Notes: generated by a model not told the origin, from the letters alone. DNA of 64,000 nucleotides from Octopus sinensis (GCF_006345805.1 NC_043002.1:53754001-53818000); one strand, 5' to 3'; shown: positions 41,363-56,984, numbered from the stretch's first letter. Translations and numbers: made by a program.

Positions 41363-41979
41363 TAATATATAAATACATTAAATTATTTTTACATATAATT
41401 TCTCAAGAGAAGAAGCATAAGTTTATAAATGCTTAAATTCAGAAAAGAATACAAACATATATCAAAAATCAGGAAACTAGAAATATTCATTAATTCTTTT
41501 CCGGAAAATATCCTGAGCTAAATTTGAAAAGAATTGATTTTCATAATTAAGAAGGAAAATTATAGGATATACAGTATACTGAACAGCCAGTGACATGACT
41601 CAAAGAGTATATTTGGTGCAATAAGAGAAAAGAACACCATTAATTTTTAGAAATTGTATAAATTATCTTGATTATTTCATCAGTAGATTATAACCTATAA
41701 ATTATAACCATTACGTTCCATAGATCTTAATTAGTAAAATGATAATGATGACGATGATGATGATGGTGATGATGATGATGATGATGATGATGATAAATCA
41801 TGGTTATTTAGATTAAATTAATTTCGCATTCAACATAAATGCCCAATTTGGTTACGACCCATTATGTAAATTAACTGAAATCACATTTAGTCTTAGTAAA
41901 ATCAATTTATCACTCATTTCCAGTCTCAGATTCATGTAAAGCGTAGAAATGATTATAATGATAATGATAATGATAGCAA

Positions 41980-42371
41980 TGTTTTCGAATTTTGCCACAA
42001 GGACAGCATTCTAGGGGAATGAATTATTTATGAATCATTTACATCGAACCCAGTGTCCAACTGGTACTTATTTTATCGACCCCGAAACGATGAAAGGTAA
42101 AGTGGACCTCGGCGAAATTTGAACTCATGATGCAGTGACTAGCGAAATACCTATTTCTTTACTACCCACAAAAAGGCTAAACACAGAGAGGACAAACAAG
42201 GAGAGACAAATGGATTAAGTTGATTATATCGACCCCAGTGCGTAACTGGTATTTATTTAATCGACCCCGAAAGGATGAAAGGCAAAGTCGACCTCGGCGG
42301 AATTTAAACTCAGAACGTAACAGCAGACGCATTTCACCCGGCGTGCTAACGATTCTGCCAGCTCGTCGTCT

Positions 42372-42372
<1 letters not shown>
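41980..42372 (-). mobile_element. SINE family B, two partial copies in tandem
   Basis: CCCAGTG..CAACTGGTA..TT.AT.GACCCCGAAA.GATGAAAGG.AAAGT.GACCTCGGCG.AATTT.AACTCA occurs at ~42048 and ~42233. Confidence 0.85.
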
Positions 42373-42413
<41 letters not shown>

Positions 42414-42430
42414 TAGTAGTAGTAGTAGTA

Positions 42431-42471
<41 letters not shown>

Positions 42472-42519
42472 ATAGTAGTAGTAGTAGTAGTAACAACAAT
42501 AATAATAATAATAATAATA

Positions 42520-42939
42520 AATCCTGTGGGATGCAATGATCCAGTTAGACATCGGAAACCGGATATTGTTGTGGTGAATAAAAAAGAAAGATGTATGATA
42601 ATCGACATAGCATAATCCGATGACAACAATATCCATGTCAAAGAAGAAAAAATAAACAACTATGATGATTTAAAGTGGGGAATATGAAAGTTGTGGTCAA
42701 TGAGGAAAGTAGACGTGATACCAATAGTAATTGGTACACTTGGAAGTATCAGTACTCAACTTCCAATATGGCTGAAAAAGATAGGTGCTAGTGTGATGGT
42801 ACAAAAATCAACATTGCTAGGAACTGCAAGAATTCTTCGCAGTGTTCTTGAAACATGACCAGTAAACAAGTGTCACCTTAGTCTGCTGGCTGTGGAGAGC
42901 TGACACCATCATACCCAAGGAAATAAGCTGTGAGCTTTC

Positions 42940-42940
<1 letters not shown>
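42520..42940 (+). pseudogene. 3' fragment of a Dong/R4-clade element inserted in (TAA)n
   Basis: ILWDAMIQ..KPDIVVVNKKERCMIIDIA...EEKINNYDDLK...LWSMRKVDVIPIVIGTLG...LLGTARILRSVL*. (TAA)n on both sides. Confidence 0.9.
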
Positions 42941-43003
<63 letters not shown>

Positions 43004-44041
43004 CCTATGAGTGATTTTCTTGTACGAATACAAGTTGGGTCACTCTGCCACCGAAGCTCTACGAAACATTAAGCGGGCTTTTGGTAATGTTCTATTGACA
43101 TTAGAACTGTTAACAGGTGGTTGCAAAGATTTCGTTAAGGAAATGAAAGCTTACAAATGAACCAAAAGGGAGACCAAAATCAGTTATTCGGCATGATGAA
43201 TTGAATGCTTTGGTTAAACGAAATCCGAGAACAACAGACCGACAAATCGGATCAGAGCTCCATACATTTCCTGCAACTACTCGGTACTTGAAAAAAATTG
43301 GAAAAATCAAAAAGATGGCTAGGTTTTATTCTCCATCAACTTAATGAGATTCAAAGAAACATACGCCTTACAGTGTGTTCAATGTTGATTTCTCGGTTGG
43401 AAAGAGAACCACTTTTGTATCGACTCATTACTTGTGATGAGAAATAGATAACAGAATAGGACAGTGGTTAGATACAGGAGAGTCACCAAAACACTACCCA
43501 AAACCACCGTTGCACACTGTATGGTGGTCAACAAAGGAGGTTATTCATTATTCAAGGAAAAACTGTAACAGCAACATCCTATTGTCAGGAAATTGATTGT
43601 ATGCATAAAAAATTAAAAAAGATGCAACCCTGATTAGTGAATAGAGATGGCCCAATTTTGCTTCATGATAATGTACAGCCTCACACTTCTCAGGCTACGG
43701 TCCACAAGTCGTAAAACTTTAATTGTGAAATTTTGGCACATCCTCCTTATTCTCCTGATATCTCTCCTACTGATTGTCACATATTTAAACACTTCGAGCT
43801 TGCTATACACAATGAAACATTCTTAAATAAAGAAGAGGTACTTGAAGCATTAGAACAGTTTATTAGTGTAAAATATTACAAATTCTTTGAAGATGGAATA
43901 TATGCCTTAGAGAAATGTTGGAGGAATGTCATAACTGAAAAAGGATCGTATTTTAATTAAATAAATAAATATTCTAAAACTTAAAAAAACAATTTTAATG
44001 TTACCTTTTTCAAATGGAACATTTCATGTGAGACAACCTAA
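43004..44041 (+). pseudogene. Mariner (DD34D) transposase pseudogene with right TIR
   Basis: YEYKLGHSATEALRNIKRAFG, GRPKS, ITCDEK, LLHDNVQPH, HPPYSPDISPTD. Ends ...CATTTCATGTGAGACAACCTAA|TA. Frameshifts and stops present. Confidence 0.9.
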
Positions 44042-44080
44042 TATTTGCGTCTCCTCTCATTCTCTCTCTGTATGTATGTG

Positions 44081-44121
<41 letters not shown>

Positions 44122-45689
44122 ATTAATAGGCATAATTATTTACATTATTGCAAAATGAATTTATGCCAGAAGATCTCAGTAGGCTTATAATGTTGTATTC
44201 GATGTTATTACAAGATATCCGTGTGTACTTGGATAGAAAGATTGCGCTTTGATTTAATACTGCTTTCATCGCGAATAAATATATATAATATATATATATA
44301 CATACATACATTGTACGATATAAACAAGATGATATTTTTTCGAACGAAACATTGCCTTTAGGACAGCAAAGATAATGGGTAAATTACCCTTACAACCCCG
44401 AAAAAGTTGTCAACAATCAACCATGGGAGTCGAACTCACATCCCCCAAGACATCGGTTGAGTGCTCTACCAATAAGCTAAACTCCCCGCTGAGAAATACG
44501 CCGCCGATTTTAGGCGTTAAATAGGTAATTGATTAACCACGAATGTACATAGAACCAAATTTACCGTTGTTTTTATTAGAAACCTTCGAATATGTATTAT
44601 ACGATGCAAACAAGTTTGTTTATATATGCACACTTGGTTGTGTTCAAGGAATTATTTAGCGCCTAAAATCGGCGAAAGAGTTGTTAGCGGGTATTTTAAT
44701 ATAATGGTAACGCACTCAGCCGTTATAATTGATATGTGAATTGATATTTTAGCCTGAAATATCGACAATAGTATAAAAATATCTATAGTGTAATGAAACT
44801 GATTATGACACGTTATTCATAATAGAATTTATTTAAAAATTAAATATTGCCGACAGAATAATTTAAACAGCATTCTCTTCTCGTTAGTGTGTAGAATCGT
44901 TTTTCAATACGAATTTATCCATATTAACCATATTCTATCCAGGTTAAATATAAGTTGGACTATTTTATTTAACGAGTGATCATCAAAGAAGTCATTAACT
45001 TTTATTTCTCAATTAAAATAATTAATATAACCAATTTATATTATTAGGATAATGACAATGGCCTGAAGTACCCTCTTAACTGAAAATTACATAAGTTACA
45101 AATCCACTGCCTTAATTAACCAGATCTCCATTAATATAGTTTTCATAACATAATATAGATTTTATAATCTGTGCTTAAATTGCAGAACTGTCCGTTAAGT
45201 TATATGCCTGACCGATTACCTCCTTATCTATGCCATATATTTTGTTTGTATTTGTTAAATAATATCTTTGGAAAAATTATTTTCGGACTCCAAAAAGAAT
45301 TTAGGTTTTCTTTTCCTGGAAAAGGGACGTTGATGCTGCTTTCTTGACGAGTTTTACTCATTATTAAATTTTATGAAATGTAATAACGTAAGATCTTAGA
45401 TTTACTTCATAAAGCCACTTTATAGATTTAAGTTGAAACGAGCTTGTATTGATTTATAACTTAATTCTACAATTTAATATGTAATGAGAACTTTATTGAT
45501 CTTCTTAATACTTCAATATATATATATATATAAATGTATACGTATGTATATATTCACACATATGCATATGAACATAAGAGTATATCTAGATACATAGAAA
45601 GACAGATAGATAGATTGATATATATATATATAGATAGATATACAACACACGCTTACAACAAAGGCAAACTTTTCCCAAACAAACGCACC

Positions 45690-48106
<2,417 letters not shown>

Positions 48107-48237
48107 CGATGGTATGGCAGGGGGCGGCGAGAATTAATATACATTAATAAATTATGTGTGTGTGTGTGTCTGCAAAAAGTTATTACGATTGATAAATACA
48201 TTGCTGGATAGGTACATATATATATATATATATATAT

Positions 48238-48283
<46 letters not shown>

Positions 48284-48295
48284 TATATATATATA

Positions 48296-48352
<57 letters not shown>

Positions 48353-49044
48353 CAGATAGTAGATAGACAGGAATGTAGGTAGGCATTCAGGCATATATCG
48401 GTAAATAAATATATTACTTTAATCATATGTATGCTTGCCGGTACACATATAGATAAGATGATTAAAATAATTATTCTTTTCCTGTACATGGAAAATGTAT
48501 CTTTGCCCATTTACCCATACTTAAGAAAGCTTATATTTATTCCGTTACATATCCCATATACAGAAATACTTGTTTCCCTTCTTGCAGTTGTTATTTAAAA
48601 TATTTACCAATCTTAACGTTCACAAATAGTCTTATATACACCTAAATACTCACACATATATATATTCGCAACAGAGAGTGCATTCATAAAAAGAGATAAA
48701 TTTTAAAGTAGCTAGCTACGGTATATTCTCTCGCAACGTAAATTTAAATTGATGTGAATATATTTTGTTAATCTCTTTGTGCTCAAAAAGATTAAGAGGA
48801 TTGTCCTGAATATTTCACGGTTCATTGAGCATTTATCAAATTATAATTACACCTCATTCCCCTGCCCACGAAGAAAAATTATATCAACTAGCTATTTCGA
48901 TAAATCAAAAAACTAAAAGTTATATGAAATGCTTAGGTTAGTTTGCATATTTATCCTTTATCAGAAGCGTGATTGAATTATAAATATTTATGTACAAGGT
49001 AATGTGCATAGGAAACCTAAGATAAATTTCAAATAATTTAAATG

Positions 49045-49156
49045 CTGGTTTCAAATTTTGGCACAAGGCTAGCATATTCGAAAGAGGGTGTAAGTCGATT
49101 ACATAGATCCCAGTGTCCAACTGGTACTTATTTTATCGACCCCAAAAGGATGAAAG
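49045..49156 (-). mobile_element. SINE family B, 3' fragment
   Basis: TGGTTTCAAATTTTGGCACAAGGC...CCCAGTGTCCAACTGGTACTTATTTTATCGACCCCAAAAGGATGAAAG. Confidence 0.75.
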
Positions 49157-49179
49157 TGTATATATATATATATATACGT

Positions 49180-49632
49180 AATAATAAAGAGCAAAATTAA
49201 TTAATTAATAATTAATTATTTTACCATGTAGTTCGGTATGTTAAAGAATCATTTTCGGTAAACTTATACAAAAATTCTATAAGTATGAGTATAATTATAA
49301 TTAAGGTTCAGCAAAAACTTGCTTCACCACATACCGATATTTAGAATTAGCAGTTAAAACTAACTAAGAAGAGAATGGGAGAGTAGAAATATGATTTTAC
49401 ATTTTTCACATCTCTCTAACTCCGAAACGCGTATGTAGTTAATCAGAACCGGGTGGATTTGTTATTTTTTTCTCTTTACCAGCGTAAGTTGTTTAGTATT
49501 GCTGTCTAGGAGATTTTCTTATGGTAATGAAATAATTAGTTTTAAGTGCTATTTTTAAATTTCGGTATGTGGTGAAGCAAATTTTTGTTGAAGCCTAATT
49601 ATAATTATGCTCGTAATTATAGAATTTTTGTA
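49180..49632. mobile_element. Fold-back element in (TA)n with a decayed hammerhead in the spacer
   Basis: 49267-49363 is inverted at 49536-49632. Spacer: AACTA(A)CT-AAGA-AGAG..GGGAGAG...CTCTCT..CTCC-GAAACGCGT-A-TGTAGTT (49358-49440). Related ends at 50172-50305 and 61565-61710. Confidence 0.7.
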
Positions 49633-49805
49633 TATATATATATGTATGTATGTATGTATATATATAATATATATATATATATATATTCAAAGAGCAATAA
49701 AGATTCAGTTAATTTAAATGAATTTACTTGAATATGGTACCTAACTTAGATGCACCAAAAAAAACTATACTGATTTAACAATACAGTAATGTGGGGTGAT
49801 TATAA

Positions 49806-50035
49806 GCGAGAAAGAAGCAACAAGAATGGATAGGTTTTTAGTACGATCGTTTCATACAAGGACAGGTTTTATTAAAAGTTGCAAAGATTACAGCATATAA
49901 ACGAGTCCCGTACTCATCAGCTGATGAGTACGGGACTCGTTTATATGCTGTAATCTTTGCAACTTTTAATAAAACCTGTCCTTGTATGAAACGATCGTAC
50001 TAAAAACCTATCCATTCTTGTTGCTTCTTTCTCGC
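49806..50035. repeat. Perfect 230-bp palindrome (2 x 115 bp, no spacer) with a hammerhead core on each strand
   Basis: Checked block by block. Centre ...TACTCATCAG|CTGATGAGTA... at 49920/49921. CTGATGA-GTACGGGAC...GTCCTTGTAT-GAAA-CGATCG-T-A^CT. Confidence 0.95.
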
Positions 50036-50036
50036 G

Positions 50037-50115
<79 letters not shown>

Positions 50116-52029
50116 GTGTGTGTGTGTGTGTGTGGTGTGTGTGTGTGTACATGTATGTGTGTGTGTGTGTAATAAAGGAAAAATAATTAATAATTAATAA
50201 TTTTACCAAGTAGTCGGTATGTTAAAGAACCATTATCGGTAAACTTATACAAAAATTCTTTATTTATGAGTATAATTATAAATAGGGTTCAGCCAAAAAT
50301 TGCTTTCATGTTTCTGGGAAACTAAATATATATAGTGTGTGACCTGGGAATCAGAACACCCCTTATGACTAGAAAACTTCACCAAAATAGGAGAATTTCT
50401 GATGTGGAATTATATTCAATCGAATGTTAAGAGACTTCATGGACACCCTTTATATATATGTTCACTACATTTCTATCCACTGATCCCACTCTGTCTTTCC
50501 AAATGACCTCCTATCTAATAATCTGAGAACCGGACTATTTGTTGCACAATTTGATTTTAAAGAAAAGAGTGTCTCTTAAGTGTATAATCTTTGTGTTTTT
50601 GTGTTAAAATGTACCCACTGACTGATACCCTTAAATTTCACCTCACAAGTTCATCCCCTCCAGATTATAACGATATCTAGAACTATTTTGTGTACCTTCT
50701 GCATGAATAACCCAGTTACTCGAATGTCTGTGAACACACTATATGCCATGAAACTGTAGTCGAAGACTACTCGTGGGTCTCGAACCCGCATCTCCTATAA
50801 ACATGTACACACACACACACACACACACATCTGCATAAGTGACAACAGAAACTGTTTGATAATGTCTGTGCTTGTCAAATTTTGGTATTTGTGTAACTAC
50901 ATGTTAGCTGAATTTAAATGAGAACTGTGTGGGTATTGCGCTGGTTCTAAGAGAACTGCAGATGATTGTATGTGTGTACGTATGTATGTGATTATTGCTG
51001 TGTATGTGTTTTTACTCTTATGTTATTGTGAGTGACTGTGTGTTTTTATGTAACTCACATAAGCCCTTTATATAGGAATAGTGTGTATAGCATGTATGTT
51101 TTAAGAGTGTACGATTAAGAGTTGTGATTGGTTTTAGAGCTGCAAGCCTTACACACAAACACACAGGCACAGAGGCACACACACGTGTACACACACATAC
51201 ATACACACACATATGTAAGTATATACATTTGTGCGTTTCCATGTATGTACGTATATGTGCAACTCTATCGGTTTTGTACAAATATATCTATTTTCATTAA
51301 ATTCTTTATTATTTTGTCAAAATTTTTCATTTCATTATAAAATATTTATTCTCAAGGAGTTTTTCAGCTGGTCTTTATTATTTTCCAGCCGATTTATACA
51401 CTGCTTATATATTCAAGTTACATTCATCTTCATTAACTGTTCAATAACAAACATATAGTCGATTTTTGTGTCAGAGCTCAATCTGTAACTCTTTGAGCTG
51501 TAGTTGTATGAAATTGCTTGTTTGAACACTACTTCCTAGGCCTGGAACGAGTCAATTCTATTGCAAGCATTATTGCTAGACCTCATACATAGATATTTCC
51601 TTCTTTCTATCCATGATAGACGCCCGGTAAATGGTTAAAAGCCTTCTTTTATTGACTGAGTATTAAGAAAGTGTTTAAGCAACTATTGATAAACTATAAA
51701 TGTGTATGTTAGCTAGTAGTTAATGGTATATGTATTTGAAATTTTCGACTCCCTATATTACCTATATTACACGTTAGATATCTGTTGCATACATACATAT
51801 ATACATACATATGTTTGTGTGTGTAATATGATACATATTTATATGTATTATATATATATTGCTGGTCCTGCCAATAACGGAATGTTACTCCGATTCTACC
51901 TATACGTACACACACATATATCTATATATTATATATGTGTATGTATGTATGTAGGTATATGTGCATGTGTGTGTGTTAATATATATATATATATTATATA
52001 TATATATACGTGCGTATGTATACACGCGA

Positions 52030-52140
52030 CCTAGAGGTTAGGGTTTTGCACACAAAATAGCTCGATCGTCGGTTCAATTTGCCGACGGCGCGGCGCATTG
52101 AGTTCTTGAGCAAAATACTTCATTTCATGCTGCTCTGCGG
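52030..52140 (+). mobile_element. Degenerate SINE family C head
   Basis: CCTAGAGGTTAGGG...GGTTCAATTT...TCTTGAGCAAAATACTTCATTTCATGCTGCTC. Confidence 0.6.
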
Positions 52141-52774
52141 CTAGGAGAGTACAATCCCTTCTCGGCCGTCCAGAGAGTACTGGAGAAATTTCACATTCAC
52201 AGGATTAGCCCAAGAGCAGACCACCAGTAGATTACACACACACACACACATATTTATCAATATAGTATATGATTGGAAGAAAATGTAGAGTTTAACAGAT
52301 AAACACCAATTTATTAACATATTGTCAATTTCCAGTTGCATAGAGTAGTTTCCATATCCAAATCATGCAAATTACAAATTTATAAATTAAAATTGCATTT
52401 TGAAAATAGCGATTAAAAATATTTCTTCAGAGCGAAAAATTGACATAAAAAGGAATTGCATCTTAATTGATTGAATGATTCACAACAGACTTCCTTCTTA
52501 TCATATAATCTATTAAAATATACCCATATATATCGTAGTGTAACAAAAGTCTATTAAAAATATCTGAACTCCGTAGTGTGTTATTTGGTGCGTATTACTA
52601 AATAATAATCACCAATATTACTAAGTAATACTTGATTCATGAGTATTTCATTTATGTATATATAGGATTAAACTGGGGGAACTTGAATGCTAACATCCCT
52701 TTTAAGAGGGTTCTATATCCTCACAATAACACACAGGCATAGACACAGACACACACAAAGACACACACGCACAC

Positions 52775-52817
<43 letters not shown>

Positions 52818-52823
52818 GTGTGT

Positions 52824-52858
<35 letters not shown>

Positions 52859-52889
52859 ATTCTACTTTCACTACTGTAAAACTCCTGTG

Positions 52890-53735
52890 CTATATGACAT
52901 TTGGTAAATGAGGGAGTTTGATGTTGCTGCTCACATCTTTATTTCCTGCCGCTAGTTACTTTTATCCGGGACTGTTGATAGGAGGAGATCCAGCCTATGC
53001 ACATCTCTCAGCTTTCATCCGTAGCTGACACGTCGCATCGATACGATTTTCTTTAACCGCACTTAAACATAGAATAAACTGCTAGAACAAATTCTACTGC
53101 GGTAGATACCATGAGAGAAACTCTCATATTGACTTTTGGTTTAAAATTCATTCTTGTTTATATCGCTAGCGGTGAGATAAATACCTGCCACCTTCCGCGC
53201 CAAGACCTCCAGGACACGTGTTTTCGACCCTCTTCGGTCTTGTCATTGATTGATGCTTGACCGCTGGAGATAGCAGAGAATTGTCGCCCTGCCAGCGCTG
53301 TATAGAATAACAGTTCCAAACAGACGCTGCTGTCGTGATTAGCCAGTGAGTTTATAAAAAAATATATAGTTGCGACAGTGGAAGTATTAATACATATTCA
53401 CTGGTTATTCGCTATATAAACAAGAAAGCCTTTTACACCAAAAACTAATATGAAAAATTCCTTTCATGGTATCAAGAGCAGTATAGTTTGTTCTTCCAGA
53501 ACATCCACGTTTAAGTAGGGAGAACTATTACCTCCTGGCGTTAATACTACCTCTATCGCTATCACAAATCATGTTTATGTAGCTTCGCTGGATTGCTTCG
53601 AATTCCACGGTTAATTTTACACAGTGTGATGACTATAATTGGGATCAGAATTGCAATCGGCTGAGGACAAATGTCCACCAAAGGGCCATCATCTTTTCTT
53701 GTTCTCCCGTTCTGAAAGGTGTAAGGATCTATGCA
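52890..53735 (-). pseudogene. Second fragment of the CR1/L2-group LINE, interrupted by a fold-back insertion (~53060-53495)
   Basis: 53580-53730 aligns with 22855-23000. 52895-52998 translates RLDLLLSTVPDKSN*RQEIKM*AATSNSLIYQM, matching KLNLFLSSVPDEPTSRQDVQMRVAISNYILH. Confidence 0.7.
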
Positions 53736-54264
53736 CATACTCGTTTACTGTTTCAATTCATTTAATTGGAGTTGTTCTGGGGCGCTCTCTGCAAGGCTAT
53801 ATACGCTAGTGTGTGTGTGTGTGAGTGTACGTAAGTATGTAGTAAGAAATGTATGTATATACACATAAATATAAATATATAGTGGTGAGACAGAAAGAAA
53901 GAGAAAAGTTGGTGACAGAAATGTAATAAATATAAACCAACGTGATGTTTTGATTCGCATGAAGTGTGTCCGAGGTACAAAGGTGTATATACACCAATCC
54001 AAACGCATAGTGTTCTGAATTGTGTATAAGGTATAGATTCGCCGTGACTGGTCATTAACATATATGCATATAAGTATCGTCGGCCGCATATTAGTAATAT
54101 ATTATTATACTATAGTTTATTGACAAGAGACAGCATATAATGTTGGTAGTTAATATATTGATAAGGCAATACAACGATAAAAATCAATATCGAATCTACT
54201 TCACTTTGAATTCAATAACTAATATTTACGAAGTGTTTAGTACGTTGCACCATTTTCTAATAAA

Positions 54265-54470
54265 TGTTTCTCAGTTTGGCGCTAGGACAGCAATGGCGAG
54301 GAAATAGCAATTTCATTTACATGGTTCCCAATACACATCTGTTATGTATTTATGATGAAAGGCAAAGTGGACCTCTGCAGCGGCATATGAACTCAGAATA
54401 TATTAAGTGGCAGGAGAAATGTCGCTAATCATTTTTCTGACACTCTAACATTTCTCCTAGCTCGCCTCGC
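54265..54470 (-). mobile_element. Degenerate SINE family B
   Basis: GATGAAAGGCAAAGTGGACCTC...TGAACTCAGAA...CTAACATTTCTCCTAGCTCGCC. Confidence 0.6.
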
Positions 54471-54552
54471 GTCTCTATTTCCCGGTATATGTATTTTTCT
54501 CTAAATACACCTCATCTAACGATAATTACATACCTGCATGCATACATACATA

Positions 54553-54745
54553 CGAGGGTTTGCTTTGGGTAAAAGACAATACAGAAAGATCAGTCAATTC
54601 ACCATATTCCCCTCTCAGATTCACACACTTATTGCAGCGGTCCTTCAGTTATTCTAAGTCCTGAAAAAGAACTCGAAGGTTTGGAACTTCAACCAGGCCT
54701 TTCGCGATACCGTTAAAACCAGGAACTCTTCAACACCATCCCTCG
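54553..54745. mobile_element. Mariner-type MITE
   Basis: TA|CGAGGG ... CCCTCG|TA termini, ~190 bp, non-coding. Confidence 0.7.
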
Positions 54746-55550
54746 TACATATATACACAGACACACACACATACATATATATGTATGTATATATATACAT
54801 ATATATATGTAATATATGTGTGTTTGTGTATATTTCTATGTATGTATACATGAGAACATTTTGTAAACAAACTTATAACCGCATAGTGAATCGACAACCT
54901 ACAGAAAATAAAACAATTCTCGAACGGAGGGTAGGTGTGAAGACAGCTTAGAAAATCGGATAAAAACCCTTTAGAAAACGAGAAAAAGTAGCCAGGAAGC
55001 CCCTACAGAAAATCAAACTCTGTACCTCCCAAATTATAGCTGAGTGGTCTCTACAACTAAGTTTATGTGTGTGGGGGGTGTTTGTAGAATATTGAGATGA
55101 TGAAATTAGATCAAGGCAATCCACTAGTGAAGCCCTCTGTGTATTTTGATAAGATTGTATATTCTGAAAATTCCAGGCAAATAGAACATTCAAGTCAGTG
55201 GTCAAATAGAGTGAAGAAAAGGCAGTAGACTGGTATCCTATAAATCCAAGCTGTTATATTTGACGCATAGTGATTATTGTACCAACAATGAAATGAATGG
55301 GTGCTTTCGCTTCATTTCATCTAAAAGTATAACCTGAAGAAGTGGTACGTTATGAAATCATAATCTTAGATGATGTTAGATGGTTTTGCAAATGTTTAAA
55401 TGTCAAATGACATAATGTAGTGTTTTTTGCCATAAACGTTTGAGCAACAAGCAAACAGCCCATTAGTTTCATTCTTATTGTGATATATAGAAACGTATAT
55501 ACATACATACACACACGAGCTCAAACGCACATGCACTCACACACACATAT

Positions 55551-55597
<47 letters not shown>

Positions 55598-55599
55598 AT

Positions 55600-55911
55600 T
55601 ACAGCTGAGTGAACTGGAGCAACGTGAAATAAAGTCTCTTGCTCAAGAACACAACACGCAGCCCGGTCCGGGATTCGAGCTCACAACCTCACGATCGTAA
55701 GCTCGACGCTCTAACCAATGAGTTGCGACGTCACAGGTGCCAAGCTGTATCGGCCCTTGCCTTTCCCTTGGACAACATCGGTGACGTGGAGAGGGGAGAC
55801 CGGTATGCGTGGGCGACTGCTGTCTTCCATAAAACAACCTTACCCAGACTTGTGCCTCAGAGGGTAACTATCTAGGTGCAAACCTATGGTCAGTGTCTGA
55901 CCGAAGGGGGT
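55600..55911 (+). mobile_element. SINE family C with its tRNA head inverted
   Basis: Head 55600-55716 lies on the minus strand and body 55717-55911 on the plus strand. The copy at 11625-11905 has both parts colinear. Confidence 0.8.
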
Positions 55912-55987
55912 AAAAAAAACAAATATATATATATACATATATATACATGTATGTTTATATATGCACATACACACACACCACACACAC

Positions 55988-56058
<71 letters not shown>

Positions 56059-56984
56059 TACCTTTGAAATCGCCTTCGGGCGGCATTGACCTCGCTTCCT
56101 GCGTAGCGCACCATTGAAGCCTTCGGGAACCATTTCCCATGTTTTTTTTTCTGTTTTTATTTTATTCTGACGATGAAAATTTGCGACACTTTCACGGAGT
56201 TATGTGTGCTTCCAAACGTAAAGTAGTAATTAATTCATTTCATATTTTTAGACTTGAACCTCCATTAGTAAAAAGCAATTGCTATGTATGACTGTCATAC
56301 CTATCATACTTTTTCCATCACTTCACCATTTCAGAAAGCTATATTTAAATGAGATTGAGATAAAATGAGTAGGATCCATTTCATTTCAACCTCATTCTAT
56401 CTTCTATTAGAAATCTTTAGGGGGCTACCGTAACCAAAACGGGAAGATTAGTTTTCCACCTAGACGTAAGTTTCATAAACTATAAAATATAAATACTCAC
56501 ACTACCACACATGAAACGTATCTGTTATAACTCTTTATCTCGATTTGAATGTACGTGCAAGTGTTTAGAATGCCCAAACTTATTTCTGCAAATGTGTTAA
56601 GCACTGATACTGATCACAGTTCAATTAATAAGCGTAGAAGCGAGGTAAACGCAGTAAAAATAGTGGGGGTCAATGGGACTTCATTTAAGCGGCTCTTCAG
56701 AAATTGAACCTCTTTGCGATACTCCCTAGTATGAAATTCATTGTCATTGCTCCGATTTGGTCGCCAATGCCATGTATTTAGTTTAAAATACAGTAAAAAT
56801 AGAGGGGTCAGAGACACCCCAATTCGGTGGCCCTTACAATAGACCACTTAGGACATTCCCTGGGATTAGGGAAGTTGGTGGTTTGAGTTTCGTTGTCCTT
56901 GCACCAACGGTCTAGGAGATGTTAACGAACATAAAGCGTAACGGACAAAGAAACACCACTCACATTTATCTAAAGGTATATATA

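Noticed and set aside
55840-55911. HDV-like ribozyme at the SINE C tail (GGTCA-GTGTC-TGACC-GAA-GGGGG)
   Set aside because: I could not draw P1, P3/L3 and P2. Only a terminal hairpin is supported.
56167-56200. CTGACGA followed by a TGAAA/TTTCA stem
   Set aside because: The GAAA box after the stem is missing, so it is not counted as a hammerhead.
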